Translations under genes and position numbers: made by a program | Notes under the pieces: generated by a model | Told to the model about the DNA's origin: nothing | What the model saw: the letters and a program-made list of their open reading frames with translations, nothing else | Databases searched by the model: none | IMG/VR virus record: IMGVR_UViG_3300010048_000023 | Span: 1-40,048 of that record | Strand: one strand, 5' to 3' | Origin: a virus | Taxonomy: Duplodnaviria > Caudoviricetes | Length of the DNA: 40,048 bases | Shown: positions 8,735 to 17,984 of the stretch, in pieces | Layout: every line of letters begins with the position of its first letter | How positions within the stretch are numbered: the stretch's first letter is position 1

Positions 8735-8920
8735 TCACCGCAATACCGGTATGCGAAGCGCTGGAAGAAGGTAACTCAGGAGAACAAGGAGGAGTATCAA
8801 CGCCAATATGCATTGCGCTATCACAGGAAACGGCGGCGGTAGCGGAATGAGGCTTATGACATACCAAATGAGGCCAAATATCAGGAGTATAACCAGCAGT
8901 TGAATAAGCAACTCTATCAT
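8735..8920 (-). CDS. Small two-TM membrane protein (possible holin-like)
   Basis: Two hydrophobic helices around IPLPPPF. Confidence 0.7.
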   Translation of the reverse strand: MIELLIQLLVILLIFGLIWYVISLIPLPPPFPVIAQCILALILLLVLLSYLLPALRIPVLR

Positions 8921-9111
8921 CTGTGCCGCCGATGCGTGTTGTGCTGCACCGGAATAACTCTTTCGAAATACCCCACGTTGTCCGAGACACTTATGAGCTT
9001 CCAGCCGTCCTTCGCCATCTCATTCAGCCATTGCTGCAATGAAGGATTATCAGGATGTCTGTTGCCACCAAACTGCTCCACCATGTACTCATTATTCGCC
9101 GTCTCACTCAT
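8917..9111 (-). CDS. DUF4177-like small protein
   Basis: LQQWLNEMAKDGWKLISV...YFER motif. Confidence 0.7.
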   Translation of the reverse strand: MSETANNEYMVEQFGGNRHPDNPSLQQWLNEMAKDGWKLISVSDNVGYFERVIPVQHNTHRRHR

Positions 9112-9413
9112 TTAATGAACTCCATCAGAATGCATCGAAGCAGGGCTACCTTCCATCCTCTGGATTTCGCCGTATCCCCGTCCCGAATAACCTGCTGCAG
9201 CTTCGCTTCCACATCCTTCGGCGTTAGCGCTATCGTATTCGGCGCCGGATACCCATTCGGAGATACCGCACAATACGCCGTCAGCTCCTTGCGGCTCGTC
9301 ATGTCAACATCGTCACCATGAGGATGACGATCGTTATGAACGCCGCCATAAGGGTTATCTCCGCCATCACGCCACCATCCAATTACAGTTCGCATGGCCA
9401 TACGGCGCTTCAT
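9108..9413 (-). CDS. Hypothetical protein (start uncertain)
   Basis: ORF fills the gap after terL; stop overlaps the next ATG. Confidence 0.45.
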   Translation of the reverse strand: MKRRMAMRTVIGWWRDGGDNPYGGVHNDRHPHGDDVDMTSRKELTAYCAVSPNGYPAPNTIALTPKDVEAKLQQVIRDGDTAKSRGWKVALLRCILMEFIK

Positions 9414-10683
9414 ACTGGCTCTGCCAATTGGGCTCCGCGAGGGGCTTTCTGGTGTCCTCGCGTATCCCTAATGCCAGATACCTAAACGCATCCGCCCCGT
9501 GACTCGCCCAGTCATGCACCGGATGCGACTTCCACGTCTGCCCATGCTCGTCCCAATTACGCCGGTAATTGCGTAAGGCGCGTATGCCAACCTGGCATTT
9601 GTTGGCATCGAAGTAGGCTCTGGGGAGAACCATTCTGACAGCATTTATCCCATCAGCCACATTGTGCTGACGGATAACACGCGTGGGCTTTAATCCTAAT
9701 GAATGAAGGGTTTCAGTACGACTCTTGCCACTGCCAAGCTCTCTCACCTGGGAGTCGTGCGGGAGTATATGCCGCTCATACACATACGGCTTGCTGCGAA
9801 TTATCCGCGCATAATACTCGAGACTCTCTCCGGATCCTTCTATGTAGTCTATGAGCCGCCATTCCCCACTTCGTAATATTTGCGCAAACCATATGCTCGT
9901 CGCATCATCTATCCCCAAATCCCACGCTGTATATACCCTGAGGGTGGGCTCGTGAGGCACGTTGGTGATGCGATCCTCCTCCTCAGCCTCACTCATCAAC
10001 TTTCCATAATAAGAGCCTGAGTTAGGCGCATTGAAACTACACTCTAACTCCTGGGCAAACTCCTCGTCAGACATCTCCGCTCTTAGCCTGTTTATCGCCT
10101 CGTCACTCAACACATTCGTCTTCTTGTAGTCCAGAAGGTAACTGCTGTAATCAGGACTGTTTCTCGCTCTGTCAAACGCATTCTGCAGTAGCCCACGGCC
10201 CTTGGGGGTTCCTGATCGTATTAATGTGCCATTCCTGTCCGCTAACATCGGCTCAATGACAAGCGCTATCATGCTTGGCGGAAAATCCTCAAACTCATCA
10301 CATATACACTCGTCCGCATAGCCGCCCCTCCAAGCTTCTTGGTTATCAGCCCCACCAGCCTGCCACGTCCCCCCATTGGGAAGACGTATGCTCATGGCGG
10401 CTTTGCGTATCTCCGTCCCTGGTATCGCCTCCGCAGCCCTCACCGCCTGGTCCCACAGGCCCGTCCGACTCCACTGCACTGAGAATGGGAGTATGTGCAC
10501 TACACGCGGTAGGGGCTTCTTCGTGGTTATCGCAGTCTTCAGGCCCCTCCAGAGGAGCGCCGTGCTCTTGCCAGCTCGCCGATGCACCACAGCTACTATC
10601 CGCGCCGCAGGGTCGTCCAGCAACGGACGCTGCCATTGCCGAGGCGTGAACGGCAGAACAATACGTTGCCGATGCCCACTCAT
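9367..10683 (-). CDS. terL: Terminase large subunit
   Basis: Walker A HRRAGKST, Walker B ICDE, GTPKG, nuclease WDLG..D and HGADAFRY. Confidence 0.95.
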   Translation of the reverse strand: MSGHRQRIVLPFTPRQWQRPLLDDPAARIVAVVHRRAGKSTALLWRGLKTAITTKKPLPRVVHILPFSVQWSRTGLWDQAVRAAEAIPGTEIRKAAMSIRLPNGGTWQAGGADNQEAWRGGYADECICDEFEDFPPSMIALVIEPMLADRNGTLIRSGTPKGRGLLQNAFDRARNSPDYSSYLLDYKKTNVLSDEAINRLRAEMSDEEFAQELECSFNAPNSGSYYGKLMSEAEEEDRITNVPHEPTLRVYTAWDLGIDDATSIWFAQILRSGEWRLIDYIEGSGESLEYYARIIRSKPYVYERHILPHDSQVRELGSGKSRTETLHSLGLKPTRVIRQHNVADGINAVRMVLPRAYFDANKCQVGIRALRNYRRNWDEHGQTWKSHPVHDWASHGADAFRYLALGIREDTRKPLAEPNWQSQYEAPYGHANCNWMVA

Positions 10684-11086
10684 AACGATGACCGAAACGC
10701 ACCAAACCTCACCTTACCGGCGTCCCATACCGCTGTCGTAACGGTAGGCCCGGGGGTAAGTATTGGTTGTTGGGGGAGGGACCCAGACACCGCTGGAGGG
10801 ACCGAAAGTGCCCATGCCCCCGGTGGGTGCCGGGGGGTCGCAGTGGCCATGGGGGAAATGCCCCGCCCAGGCCGCCTCGAGCCGCCGCCACGGCCCGGCC
10901 AGAGCGTGTAGACAGTCGCCATTTCCTCAGGTGTTAACTGCATGTCTGGCTAATGAGACGCATGAGACACAGGGTTTGGGACGTACAGAATGCGCCACGT
11001 CTGCAAATCCTCGTTTGAGCACGTTGCCACGAAGTTGCGAGCATTGTATGGCGTATATACGATTGTCGTTTGCGTAGACGACGACG

Positions 11087-11470
11087 CTATTCTTCGTCTT
11101 TGACGCTTTCCCACACCAATTCGAGCACTTGGTTGCTGAGTTGCTGCGCGGCCGGCGTTTGTGCTTGCGGCACAGCGTCTTCTGCGGCTGCCTGCCAGGT
11201 GAAATCGATGGCAATGGGCTTCTCAGCGTCGCCAGTGATTGTCTGCTGTGGACGACCATAGCCGCGATCGAGAAGTGCCTGCGCCGCAGCGACTTTGTGC
11301 CGCGGATCGTGGAGACAGCCGACGAGCGTTAGTATCGCGTCCGCACCGTATTCTCGCGCGAGAGCTGCGATATCAGCGACTGGCCCCTTTGGACGGCCGC
11401 CAGGATTGCCGCTCTGTCCGGGCTTAAAGCTGGTGCGGACTGGCGGACGCTTGGGTGCAGCTTGAGGCAT
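11087..11470 (-). CDS. terS: Terminase small subunit (DUF5681-like)
   Basis: FKPGQSGNPGGRPK and LLDRGYGRPQQ motifs; upstream of terL. Confidence 0.85.
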   Translation of the reverse strand: MPQAAPKRPPVRTSFKPGQSGNPGGRPKGPVADIAALAREYGADAILTLVGCLHDPRHKVAAAQALLDRGYGRPQQTITGDAEKPIAIDFTWQAAAEDAVPQAQTPAAQQLSNQVLELVWESVKDEE

Positions 11471-11495
11471 TGTCAGGGCCTGTTCAGTCTGTTTT

Positions 11496-12059
11496 TCAGG
11501 CGCGAGCGAGGTTGTTTATTTCGATACGAATATCGCGCAATTCGCCCAACATGAGGATTGTGACGGTGGCAATCTCGCCATCCAGAGCTGCGACGACTGC
11601 ATGCAGTCGCTGGAATGGCCCGTGCGCGAGCCTGCACGCGTCTCCGAGGCGCCACAGCGAGTGGGGTGGTAGGGGTATAGCGCGCAGGTGCTCTGTGGCT
11701 TGTAGCGCCTCCACGGCGCCTGCGCGGGCATACTGTAATTTGTCGCCACATTTAAGCAGTGACTGGATGCCTGGCGTTTCGCGGATGGGTCGCCAGGAGG
11801 TGTTGGGTTCATGATTGACGAAGACGTATCCGCTGAAAAGCGGTGTTGGGATGATGCGTGGAGAGCCATAGCGACGGCGGGCGAAGGTAGGGAGGAAGTT
11901 GATGAAGCCTTGCCGGGCGAGGTTATCGCTGGCGTAGGCTTCGCGTTGTGGGACGGTGTGAGCGACGGCCCAATTGCAGTAGCACTGGGGGTGCTCATGG
12001 GCATCTAACCCCAGTGCTGGTGAGGTGGGGGTGTAGCAGGCGCTAGGGATGGTGGTCAA
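11496..12059 (-). CDS. NusG/RfaH-family transcription antiterminator
   Basis: WAVAHTVPQRE..LARQG..FLP, PLFSGYVFV, KOW-like GDACRLAHGPF. Confidence 0.88.
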   Translation of the reverse strand: MTTIPSACYTPTSPALGLDAHEHPQCYCNWAVAHTVPQREAYASDNLARQGFINFLPTFARRRYGSPRIIPTPLFSGYVFVNHEPNTSWRPIRETPGIQSLLKCGDKLQYARAGAVEALQATEHLRAIPLPPHSLWRLGDACRLAHGPFQRLHAVVAALDGEIATVTILMLGELRDIRIEINNLARA

Positions 12060-12439
12060 GGGTTACCTCGTTTGCGTCCGTTGGGGAGAGGGTTGATGGC
12101 GTCGAGGTGCTGGGGGGAGAGGTGAGCGGGTCGGAGAGGGATGCCGGTGAGGGCGTCGATTTGCTGGGAGGTGGAGCGAGTTGGCTCGTGAGGCGTGAAT
12201 GCCTTGAGTGTTTCGGCGACGGCGTTGAGTTCGCTGACGGTGGGGGCGCGTTTAATCCTGGGCGTATTGTCCCAGCCGTGTCGTGTGGCGATTTCTGCGG
12301 CTTTTGGGACGTTGGCGACGAGCCAGGCGAAGGCGCGTGGGCGGTGGCGGCGCACTAGGTGGAGGCCCGACTGCAGTCGGATCCAGGTTTCTGCCCAGGC
12401 GCGGTCTTCTGGGTCGAGTTGGTGCAAGCTGTCGGGCAT
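12056..12439 (-). CDS. Hypothetical protein
   Basis: Coupled to the replication gene (TAATG). Confidence 0.6.
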   Translation of the reverse strand: MPDSLHQLDPEDRAWAETWIRLQSGLHLVRRHRPRAFAWLVANVPKAAEIATRHGWDNTPRIKRAPTVSELNAVAETLKAFTPHEPTRSTSQQIDALTGIPLRPAHLSPQHLDAINPLPNGRKRGNP

Positions 12440-13056
12440 TACGTCAGCCTTTTTGCCATATCGTGCAATCGCTGAATTTTCTCGTCTTCGGTGAGGGTGG
12501 GATTTGCTTCTGGCGGACGCGAAGGAAAAGCGCGTGCGCCGTCAGAGCGCGAGGCGCGCTTTTCTGAAGCGTCTTCTGGTACGCAGAAAGGAATTACCTT
12601 TTGGGGTAATTCCTTTCTGCTTCTCGTTTGAACCACTGTTTGAACCGCGTCATGATATTGGTTTGAACCGTTTTCCTCTGAAGCCCGCCTTTTCCGCGCC
12701 TCCCAGCTTTTCGTTCCCTTGCGCGATTGAGTCTCAAACCTGTACAGACTGGTCACAAGGATGGGCGCGAAAAGTACGCTTTTGTCATCGGAACGAGCGA
12801 TCAATTTATGCCGGAGGAGTTCTGCCAGCAGGCGGCGGAAGCGGGTGACGCTGAGGCGTCGTTTCACCAACCCGGCGAGCTCGCGGTCGGTAGCGGGCCG
12901 GTCGCCGATCATGAGGTAGCCGTAGCGCTCACTCAGCAATGCTGCGACGCACAATAAGCGACGCCATGCCCCTTGAGCGGCGAGGCTGCATTGCTGGAGG
13001 GCGGGATCGTTGTATTCATCGCCCCACCAGTTCTTTGTCCACCGAAGCTTGGACAT
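12439..13056 (-). CDS. Putative replication initiator
   Basis: W...DPALQQCSLAAQGAW..LLC N-terminal motif of phage replication proteins; contains internal iterons. Confidence 0.7.
   Translation of the reverse strand: MSKLRWTKNWWGDEYNDPALQQCSLAAQGAWRRLLCVAALLSERYGYLMIGDRPATDRELAGLVKRRLSVTRFRRLLAELLRHKLIARSDDKSVLFAPILVTSLYRFETQSRKGTKSWEARKRRASEENGSNQYHDAVQTVVQTRSRKELPQKVIPFCVPEDASEKRASRSDGARAFPSRPPEANPTLTEDEKIQRLHDMAKRLT
12526..12669. promoter_or_regulatory. Putative replication origin: three GTTTGAACC iterons plus a perfect 16-bp inverted repeat
   Basis: GTTTGAACC at 12626, 12638 and 12661; gcagaaaggaattacc (12583-12598) / ggtaattcctttctgc (12605-12620); aaaagcgcg/cgcgctttt. Confidence 0.65.
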
Positions 13057-13071
13057 ACCGCTATTCCGCTT

Positions 13072-13530
13072 CTAAAAACGGCCAGACGTTCCATAAAAAA
13101 ACATAAGCCGGCCCGAGTTGTCGGGAATGCCGACTTCCATGGCGTGCTCTTTGAGCGTTGAGAAGAAGTCGATATCGCCGAGACTGACCGAGCCGTAGCA
13201 GACCCAGTCGTCTCTGCCGAAGTCGTCCACCACCATCAGGTTGATGCCTGTCTCGCGGGCTGTATCGATGGCGAGCAGCGCCTCATGGGCGAATGCGATT
13301 GGCTTGACTTCGACAAAAACGCCGTCTTCCGTCTTGCGCGAAGCGATCCCGAAATCTGGCAGATACTGGTTACGACCGAGACGGAACGGCTCATGGATAA
13401 TCTTCGTTAGAGAAGGATTGGAGTTTCGCTTTATCCATTGATAAAAGCGCGCCTCCAGCCGGCTTTTAAACTTGATGCCATTCACGAATGTCGGAATAGC
13501 GGTGAACCGGTCAGTATCGTTTTCTGTCAT
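13072..13530 (-). CDS. PD-(D/E)XK nuclease-family protein
   Basis: GIKFKSRLEARF, YLPDF, FVEVKP. Confidence 0.8.
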   Translation of the reverse strand: MTENDTDRFTAIPTFVNGIKFKSRLEARFYQWIKRNSNPSLTKIIHEPFRLGRNQYLPDFGIASRKTEDGVFVEVKPIAFAHEALLAIDTARETGINLMVVDDFGRDDWVCYGSVSLGDIDFFSTLKEHAMEVGIPDNSGRLMFFYGTSGRF

Positions 13531-13538
13531 GTTTTCCC

Positions 13539-13709
13539 CTAATTGACGCGCACTACATGATCATTCTCATCCACCACGATTTTCTGTCCGGTATCGTCCA
13601 TCATTACTTCCTCGCAGCGATAGCACCAGACGTAGCTGTCAGCGATCGGTGTCCATGCCTCGTCGCCGCAATGCGGACAGAGCCAAACGCGCAACACGTC
13701 CTCGCTCAT
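13539..13709 (-). CDS. Small zinc-ribbon protein
   Basis: CPHC...CYRC; ATGA coupling. Confidence 0.6.
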   Translation of the reverse strand: MSEDVLRVWLCPHCGDEAWTPIADSYVWCYRCEEVMMDDTGQKIVVDENDHVVRVN

Positions 13710-14131
13710 GCCGCCACCCGCGTGCGGCGATGGCGCGGCACAGCCCATTGGTCCAATAACGCCAATACGTCGTCAGCGCTGCGTGCGAGTGCCCACCGTC
13801 CTTCGGCCTTGATGATTTCACCCGCCAGCTCGCGTTGTGCCGGCGTCAGGCGTCCGTCCGCCGCCTTCAGCTCGATCCAGTGCGCGCGCCCGTGGTGCTC
13901 GACATACAGATCACCCAATCCCGCAATGATGCCGCGGCGGACACGCGTCGCAGGAATGCCGCCGTAATTCGCGTGATCAATCGAACACCACCACACGCCC
14001 CACGGGCTGCAGTGCCCCGCCGGCGCAATCTCGATCGTCAATAACTTCGCGATTTGCGCCTGCAGCGGCCACTCGCGCACGACTGGCGGTTGTAGGCGAA
14101 AGCGGCGTAATCCAGCGCTTCCCCCCACCAC
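13706..14131 (-). CDS. VRR-NUC domain nuclease
   Basis: GIIAGLGDL...WIELKAADGRLTPAQ. Confidence 0.85.
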   Translation of the reverse strand: MVGGSAGLRRFRLQPPVVREWPLQAQIAKLLTIEIAPAGHCSPWGVWWCSIDHANYGGIPATRVRRGIIAGLGDLYVEHHGRAHWIELKAADGRLTPAQRELAGEIIKAEGRWALARSADDVLALLDQWAVPRHRRTRVAA

Positions 14132-14139
14132 CCCGCCCC

Positions 14140-14379
14140 TTAGCCTACACGCGCAGGCTTGCCGTTGGGCCGCAGCGGCGAGTGCTTGTGGATGTCGTCA
14201 AGCGTCAGCTTGTAGCGGGCGCGCCGCGCGATCTCCAGCAACAGCGGCCAGTGCCGCGCCGGTATCCCGTCGTCCTTCCAATGACATATGGTGCTGTTGG
14301 ACAAGCCGAAGCGACGCCCCAACTCGGCCTGCCCACCCAGGCGCTCCGCCAGGTCATCGATGATGCGGGCATGCTCCAC
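14140..14379 (-). CDS. Cro-like HTH regulator
   Basis: LGGQAELGRRFGLSNSTICHWKDDGIPARHW; divergent from the repressor. Confidence 0.85.
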   Translation of the reverse strand: MEHARIIDDLAERLGGQAELGRRFGLSNSTICHWKDDGIPARHWPLLLEIARRARYKLTLDDIHKHSPLRPNGKPARVG

Positions 14380-14402
14380 GGCAACCCAGCATGCCCGAAA
14401 AC

Positions 14403-14511
14403 TTGCCTCATTGGCAATGCCTTTCGAGCGTGTATCCGACCCCGTAACACTACCGCAGCGTGATTGTCATTTGCGCGAGGCTACGCCAAAGTCTAGTTGC
14501 CGAAACGGCAA
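14403..14511. promoter_or_regulatory. Operators TTGCC-N5-GGCAA (14403-14417, 14497-14511) in the cro/cI divergent region
   Basis: Palindromic 15-mers; the first overlaps the minus-strand TTGCCA...CATGCT promoter-like hexamers. Confidence 0.75.
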
Positions 14512-14530
14512 TTTGGGGGGCGTAGAGGAA

Positions 14531-15013
14531 ATGCCCAGAAGCGCCTACGCTATGGCCATGGCCAGACGGGTGAGACAGGGCACGCTCGCCCAGGTCGGGC
14601 GGCATCTGCGCATGCTGCGCATCGCCAACGGGCACTCTCAGGTGCAGTGGGCCGACGCGCTACAGATCACGCCGCAACTGCTCAACAAATGGGAAAAGGG
14701 CACGCGGCAGCCCAACATCGACGTGCTGATCCGCATCTGCGAAAGCTTCCGCTGCTCAATGGACTTTATTTTTCGCGGTCGTCTCGGCCACGACGTTGAT
14801 CCCGAGCTTCGCGAGAAGCTTTCTTCGCTTTTCCCCGGTTCTTTCGTTTTGCAAGTCGCTCCCGCAGAGCCTCCCCAATCGCCAGATCCGTCAGCCGCCG
14901 CAACTTCTGTAACCCGCAAGCCGCGAAAGAAGTCGCCGAGGTCTCGCTCATCTGCTGTCCGCATTTCGGCACGGCGCAAGCCTCCCTCGCCGCCGGGCGG
15001 TTCCCGAAAGTGA
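14531..15013 (+). CDS. CI-like XRE HTH repressor
   Basis: GAGG RBS; LRMLRIANGHSQVQWADALQITPQLLNKWEKGTRQP; start reassigned from 14288. Confidence 0.85.
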   Translation: MPRSAYAMAMARRVRQGTLAQVGRHLRMLRIANGHSQVQWADALQITPQLLNKWEKGTRQPNIDVLIRICESFRCSMDFIFRGRLGHDVDPELREKLSSLFPGSFVLQVAPAEPPQSPDPSAAATSVTRKPRKKSPRSRSSAVRISARRKPPSPPGGSRK

Positions 15014-15090
15014 AGCAGTAAGGAAACCGAAAGCCCGGCCCACTTTGCTTCGTATACGGCCGGGGATAGGCGCCGGCGAGCGACGGAGAT

Positions 15091-15210
15091 TTGCCCAATA
15101 GGACAGTCCCCCAGCGCCTGCGGAATTGTGCCAACGGCAATTACCGCGTGTCAACCGACAACTCGATCTCTCGCTTGCCTCATAGGCAACTTCGTGTGTA
15201 TGCTCCGCAG
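15091..15210 (+). promoter_or_regulatory. Operators (15175-15189 perfect; 15091-15105 and 15126-15140 degenerate) and early promoter TTGCCT...TATGCT
   Basis: Same TTGCC-N5-GGCAA consensus overlapping a -35 box. Confidence 0.7.
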
Positions 15211-15238
15211 CATGCCGATAAGCACGAGGGGTGGTTCA

Positions 15239-15526
15239 ATGTCCTGGGCCATGCGGCTGTATAACACCACCGACAGAGACGAATTGGCGGCGCGGATATT
15301 CTGGGACGACGAAACTCCCATCTATCTGCGCGCGTATGACGTGGATGCACACGGGGGCAGGGGGAGCGTTGCGACGACCCGCGACATTGCGGAAGCACGC
15401 GCCTGGTGCACCCAGCACGAGGTACTGCTGGCGTGGATGACGCAATCCAATACCGTTCCATTTCGCCCTGACGGATTACCCAACAGGCCATTAACGTCAT
15501 ATTCCATGACCGCGGTGCCGGTATGA
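15239..15526 (+). CDS. Hypothetical phage protein
   Basis: GAGGGG RBS; coupled to the next gene. Confidence 0.65.
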   Translation: MSWAMRLYNTTDRDELAARIFWDDETPIYLRAYDVDAHGGRGSVATTRDIAEARAWCTQHEVLLAWMTQSNTVPFRPDGLPNRPLTSYSMTAVPV

Positions 15527-15999
15527 AGCCGCCGTCCCCGCGGCGGCTTGAGGCGGCCATGAGTGCCGCGCAGCAGGCAATGGCGAAGGCCGGTGATGCG
15601 ATTGATGAAAAACTCCGCCGCGACACCATCGAAGGCGAGAGCAGCGCATTCGAGTTGATGGACCGCTACGCCGACGCCGTCATGGCGGACGAGGTGCTGG
15701 CGAAGCTGGCGCGCGAGCGGGCGTTGCGGCTGGAGAAGCGTGCAGCAGCCAACCGTGACGTCATCGAGCGCATGTTGATTGCGCTGGAACTGGGCGAGCC
15801 GCTGGAGCGCGCGACTTACACCGCGAGCCTGGGCCATCGCAGCACCGCGGTCATTACCGACGCCAGTTTGCTGCCCGACGAATTGGTCAAGCACTCCCCG
15901 GACATGCGCCTCATCACCAAGGTGCTGCTCGACGGCGTGTCGGTTGACGGCGCCACGCTCAGCAACCCGGAGCCGCATTTGATACTGGGGACAAAGTGA
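15523..15999 (+). CDS. Siphovirus Gp157-like protein
   Basis: DTIEGE, coiled coil, VITDASLLPDE..PD...VDGATLSN. Confidence 0.8.
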   Translation: MKPPSPRRLEAAMSAAQQAMAKAGDAIDEKLRRDTIEGESSAFELMDRYADAVMADEVLAKLARERALRLEKRAAANRDVIERMLIALELGEPLERATYTASLGHRSTAVITDASLLPDELVKHSPDMRLITKVLLDGVSVDGATLSNPEPHLILGTK

Positions 16000-16238
16000 C
16001 GAGGAAAGGAAGGATTGGACTGCCGCAACTGCCGCGCGCGCTGGCGGCTGTGCCAGGCATTCGCAGGACGCCCAGCTACCGCGAGCTATATCATGCCGTA
16101 ATCAATGGCGACATCCCCGGCAATTACGAGGGTGGCCGCTGGTATATCGAGGAAGCCGATATACCGGCCATAGCACTGCAGCTTGGCTTGATGCCGCAGC
16201 CTAAATCGCGTCCAGCTTCCAAAGGGTTGAAGCAATGA
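15996..16238 (+). CDS. Small excisionase-like DNA-binding protein
   Basis: SYRELYHAVINGDIPG..GGRWYI winged-HTH pattern. Confidence 0.6.
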   Translation: MTRKGRIGLPQLPRALAAVPGIRRTPSYRELYHAVINGDIPGNYEGGRWYIEEADIPAIALQLGLMPQPKSRPASKGLKQ

Positions 16239-17215
16239 GCGACGAGGTCACCGCCATTGTGCCGGTTGCCCGCACCGCGCTGTCGTTTGACGAGGTGGTG
16301 CGGCTCGGCACGTTTATCGCGCGGTCGGGGCTATTCGGCATGAAGACGCCGGAGCAGGCGATTGCGCTGATGATGATTGCGCACGCCGAAGGCCGCCACC
16401 CGGCGCTGGCAGCAAGGGACTATGACATCATCCAGGGCAGGCCGACCAAGAAGGCCGAGGCCATGCTCAGAGATTTCCTCGATGCCGGCGGCAAGGTGCA
16501 GTGGCACAGCCTGTCCGACGAGATTGCCGATGCGACATTCAGCCACAGCCAGGGCGGCGCGGCGCGCATCAGCTGGGACATGGCGCGGGTGCAGAAGGCG
16601 GGGCTCAGGGGCAAGGACATGTATGCCAAATTCCCGCGGCAGATGCTGCGCAGCCGCTGCGTGAGCGAGGGCGTGCGCACGATATGGCCGAGTGCCACGG
16701 GTGGGATGTATGTGCCGGAGGAAGCGGCGCACATAGACGCACACATTGATGGGGAAGTGACGGAGCCGGTAATCGTTGATACGCCCCCGCCCAAGCCCTC
16801 AGAAGCGGCTACAGACCCGCTCGAGGTCCGCAGCCTGGCCCAGTGGCGCACCAACCTGCGCGCCGCCCTGGGAGCCGCCCAGACGCTTGCGGAGGTGGAA
16901 GCGATCAGCGGCCACCGCCGTGTGCTGGATGCGTTGAACACCGCCCCGGAGCCAATCCGCGTCGAGGTGGAGAAGGCGCTGGCAGAGGCACACGAGCGGT
17001 TCCACCAAGAAACGCACGAGACCAATTGGCCGGACGATGCGATGGGCGCGCTGCTCAACGAAATCGCCGGCATGGACCTCGTCCGCCTCGACACGTTGCG
17101 TACCGACGCGCAGTGGCGCGCGCGGGTGCGGGACGCCGCCACCATCCCATCGGACGAGGACCTGATAACGGAAACGATCGCCAATAGACGGACAGAATTA
17201 CAGGGGAAACAGTGA
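16235..17215 (+). CDS. ssDNA-annealing recombinase (RecT/Bet-like)
   Basis: ARSGLF...IIQGRP...FPRQMLRSRCVS..VR..P...GGMYVPEE. Confidence 0.8.
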   Translation: MSDEVTAIVPVARTALSFDEVVRLGTFIARSGLFGMKTPEQAIALMMIAHAEGRHPALAARDYDIIQGRPTKKAEAMLRDFLDAGGKVQWHSLSDEIADATFSHSQGGAARISWDMARVQKAGLRGKDMYAKFPRQMLRSRCVSEGVRTIWPSATGGMYVPEEAAHIDAHIDGEVTEPVIVDTPPPKPSEAATDPLEVRSLAQWRTNLRAALGAAQTLAEVEAISGHRRVLDALNTAPEPIRVEVEKALAEAHERFHQETHETNWPDDAMGALLNEIAGMDLVRLDTLRTDAQWRARVRDAATIPSDEDLITETIANRRTELQGKQ

Positions 17216-17406
17216 TGGCCAAAATCAATGACGCCGAGATCCAGGCAATGCATGTCGTATGCGAAGAGCTGGCGAAAGTTGCGCTGCCCGCGCGGCGTCG
17301 CGTGCTCGGCTACATCTGCGCGCGCCTGGCAGAGGAAGACGGCGGCCCGCCGCACATTGCGTTTCGCGGCAATGGCGAAGCGGACGCCGACGCTGCGTCG
17401 CGATGA
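17212..17406 (+). CDS. Hypothetical protein
   Basis: Coupled ORF. Confidence 0.6.
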   Translation: MMAKINDAEIQAMHVVCEELAKVALPARRRVLGYICARLAEEDGGPPHIAFRGNGEADADAASR

Positions 17407-17591
17407 CCGAGATTACGATTGACGAGATGGTGCGCGAGGCGAAGCGCGAGTTGATTTACCGCCGGACGGTGTTCGCCCAGGCGGCGCGCGAGGGGCGGAT
17501 GAACATGCGGGAGGCGGAGCGGCGGATAGCGGTGCAGCATGCGATTGTGCTGACGCTGAGCAGCATGGCCGACGTGGCGCACGAGACATGA
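17403..17591 (+). CDS. Hypothetical phage protein (MTEITIDEMVREAKRELIYRR...)
   Basis: ATGA coupling; start reassigned. Confidence 0.7.
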   Translation: MTEITIDEMVREAKRELIYRRTVFAQAAREGRMNMREAERRIAVQHAIVLTLSSMADVAHET

Positions 17592-17773
17592 CCTGCGACC
17601 AGTGCACCGAGCCGGCGATGGCGTTTGCGCCTGGCACTGAGCCAATCCGCGAATTGTTTACGCTGTCCCGCGGCGAGCCGATGCGGTGCTGGTGCACGTG
17701 TCACTGGGCCGCGCAGTTCGGCATGTCGCTGTCGATGATACGGGATGCGGCGGATGACCAGCGAAGAGTTTAG
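17588..17773 (+). CDS. Small Cys-rich protein
   Basis: CDQC...WCTCH. Confidence 0.55.
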   Translation: MTCDQCTEPAMAFAPGTEPIRELFTLSRGEPMRCWCTCHWAAQFGMSLSMIRDAADDQRRV

Positions 17774-17984
17774 CGTCTACGCCTTCTTGCCCGACGGACG
17801 GCATTGGCCGGTGCTGCGTTTCGTTGACGCCGCGAGTGCCATGCACGCCGCCAGGCGCGCGACTGAGGCGACGCTGGGACCGGTGACGAAGGCGCAGCGC
17901 ATCATCGTGACGGATGGCGGCGATCACACGGTGTTTGAGTGGACGCGCGGCGAGGGGGTGACATGGCCGACGAATGCGAGTTGA
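17754..17984 (+). CDS. Hypothetical phage protein
   Basis: RIIVTDGGDHTVFEW..GEGVTWP motif. Confidence 0.65.
   Translation: MTSEEFSVYAFLPDGRHWPVLRFVDAASAMHAARRATEATLGPVTKAQRIIVTDGGDHTVFEWTRGEGVTWPTNAS

Noticed and set aside
10680-10943. 87-aa ORF upstream of terL
   Set aside because: Low-complexity translation of G/C tracts with no recognisable motif; not excluded, but unsupported
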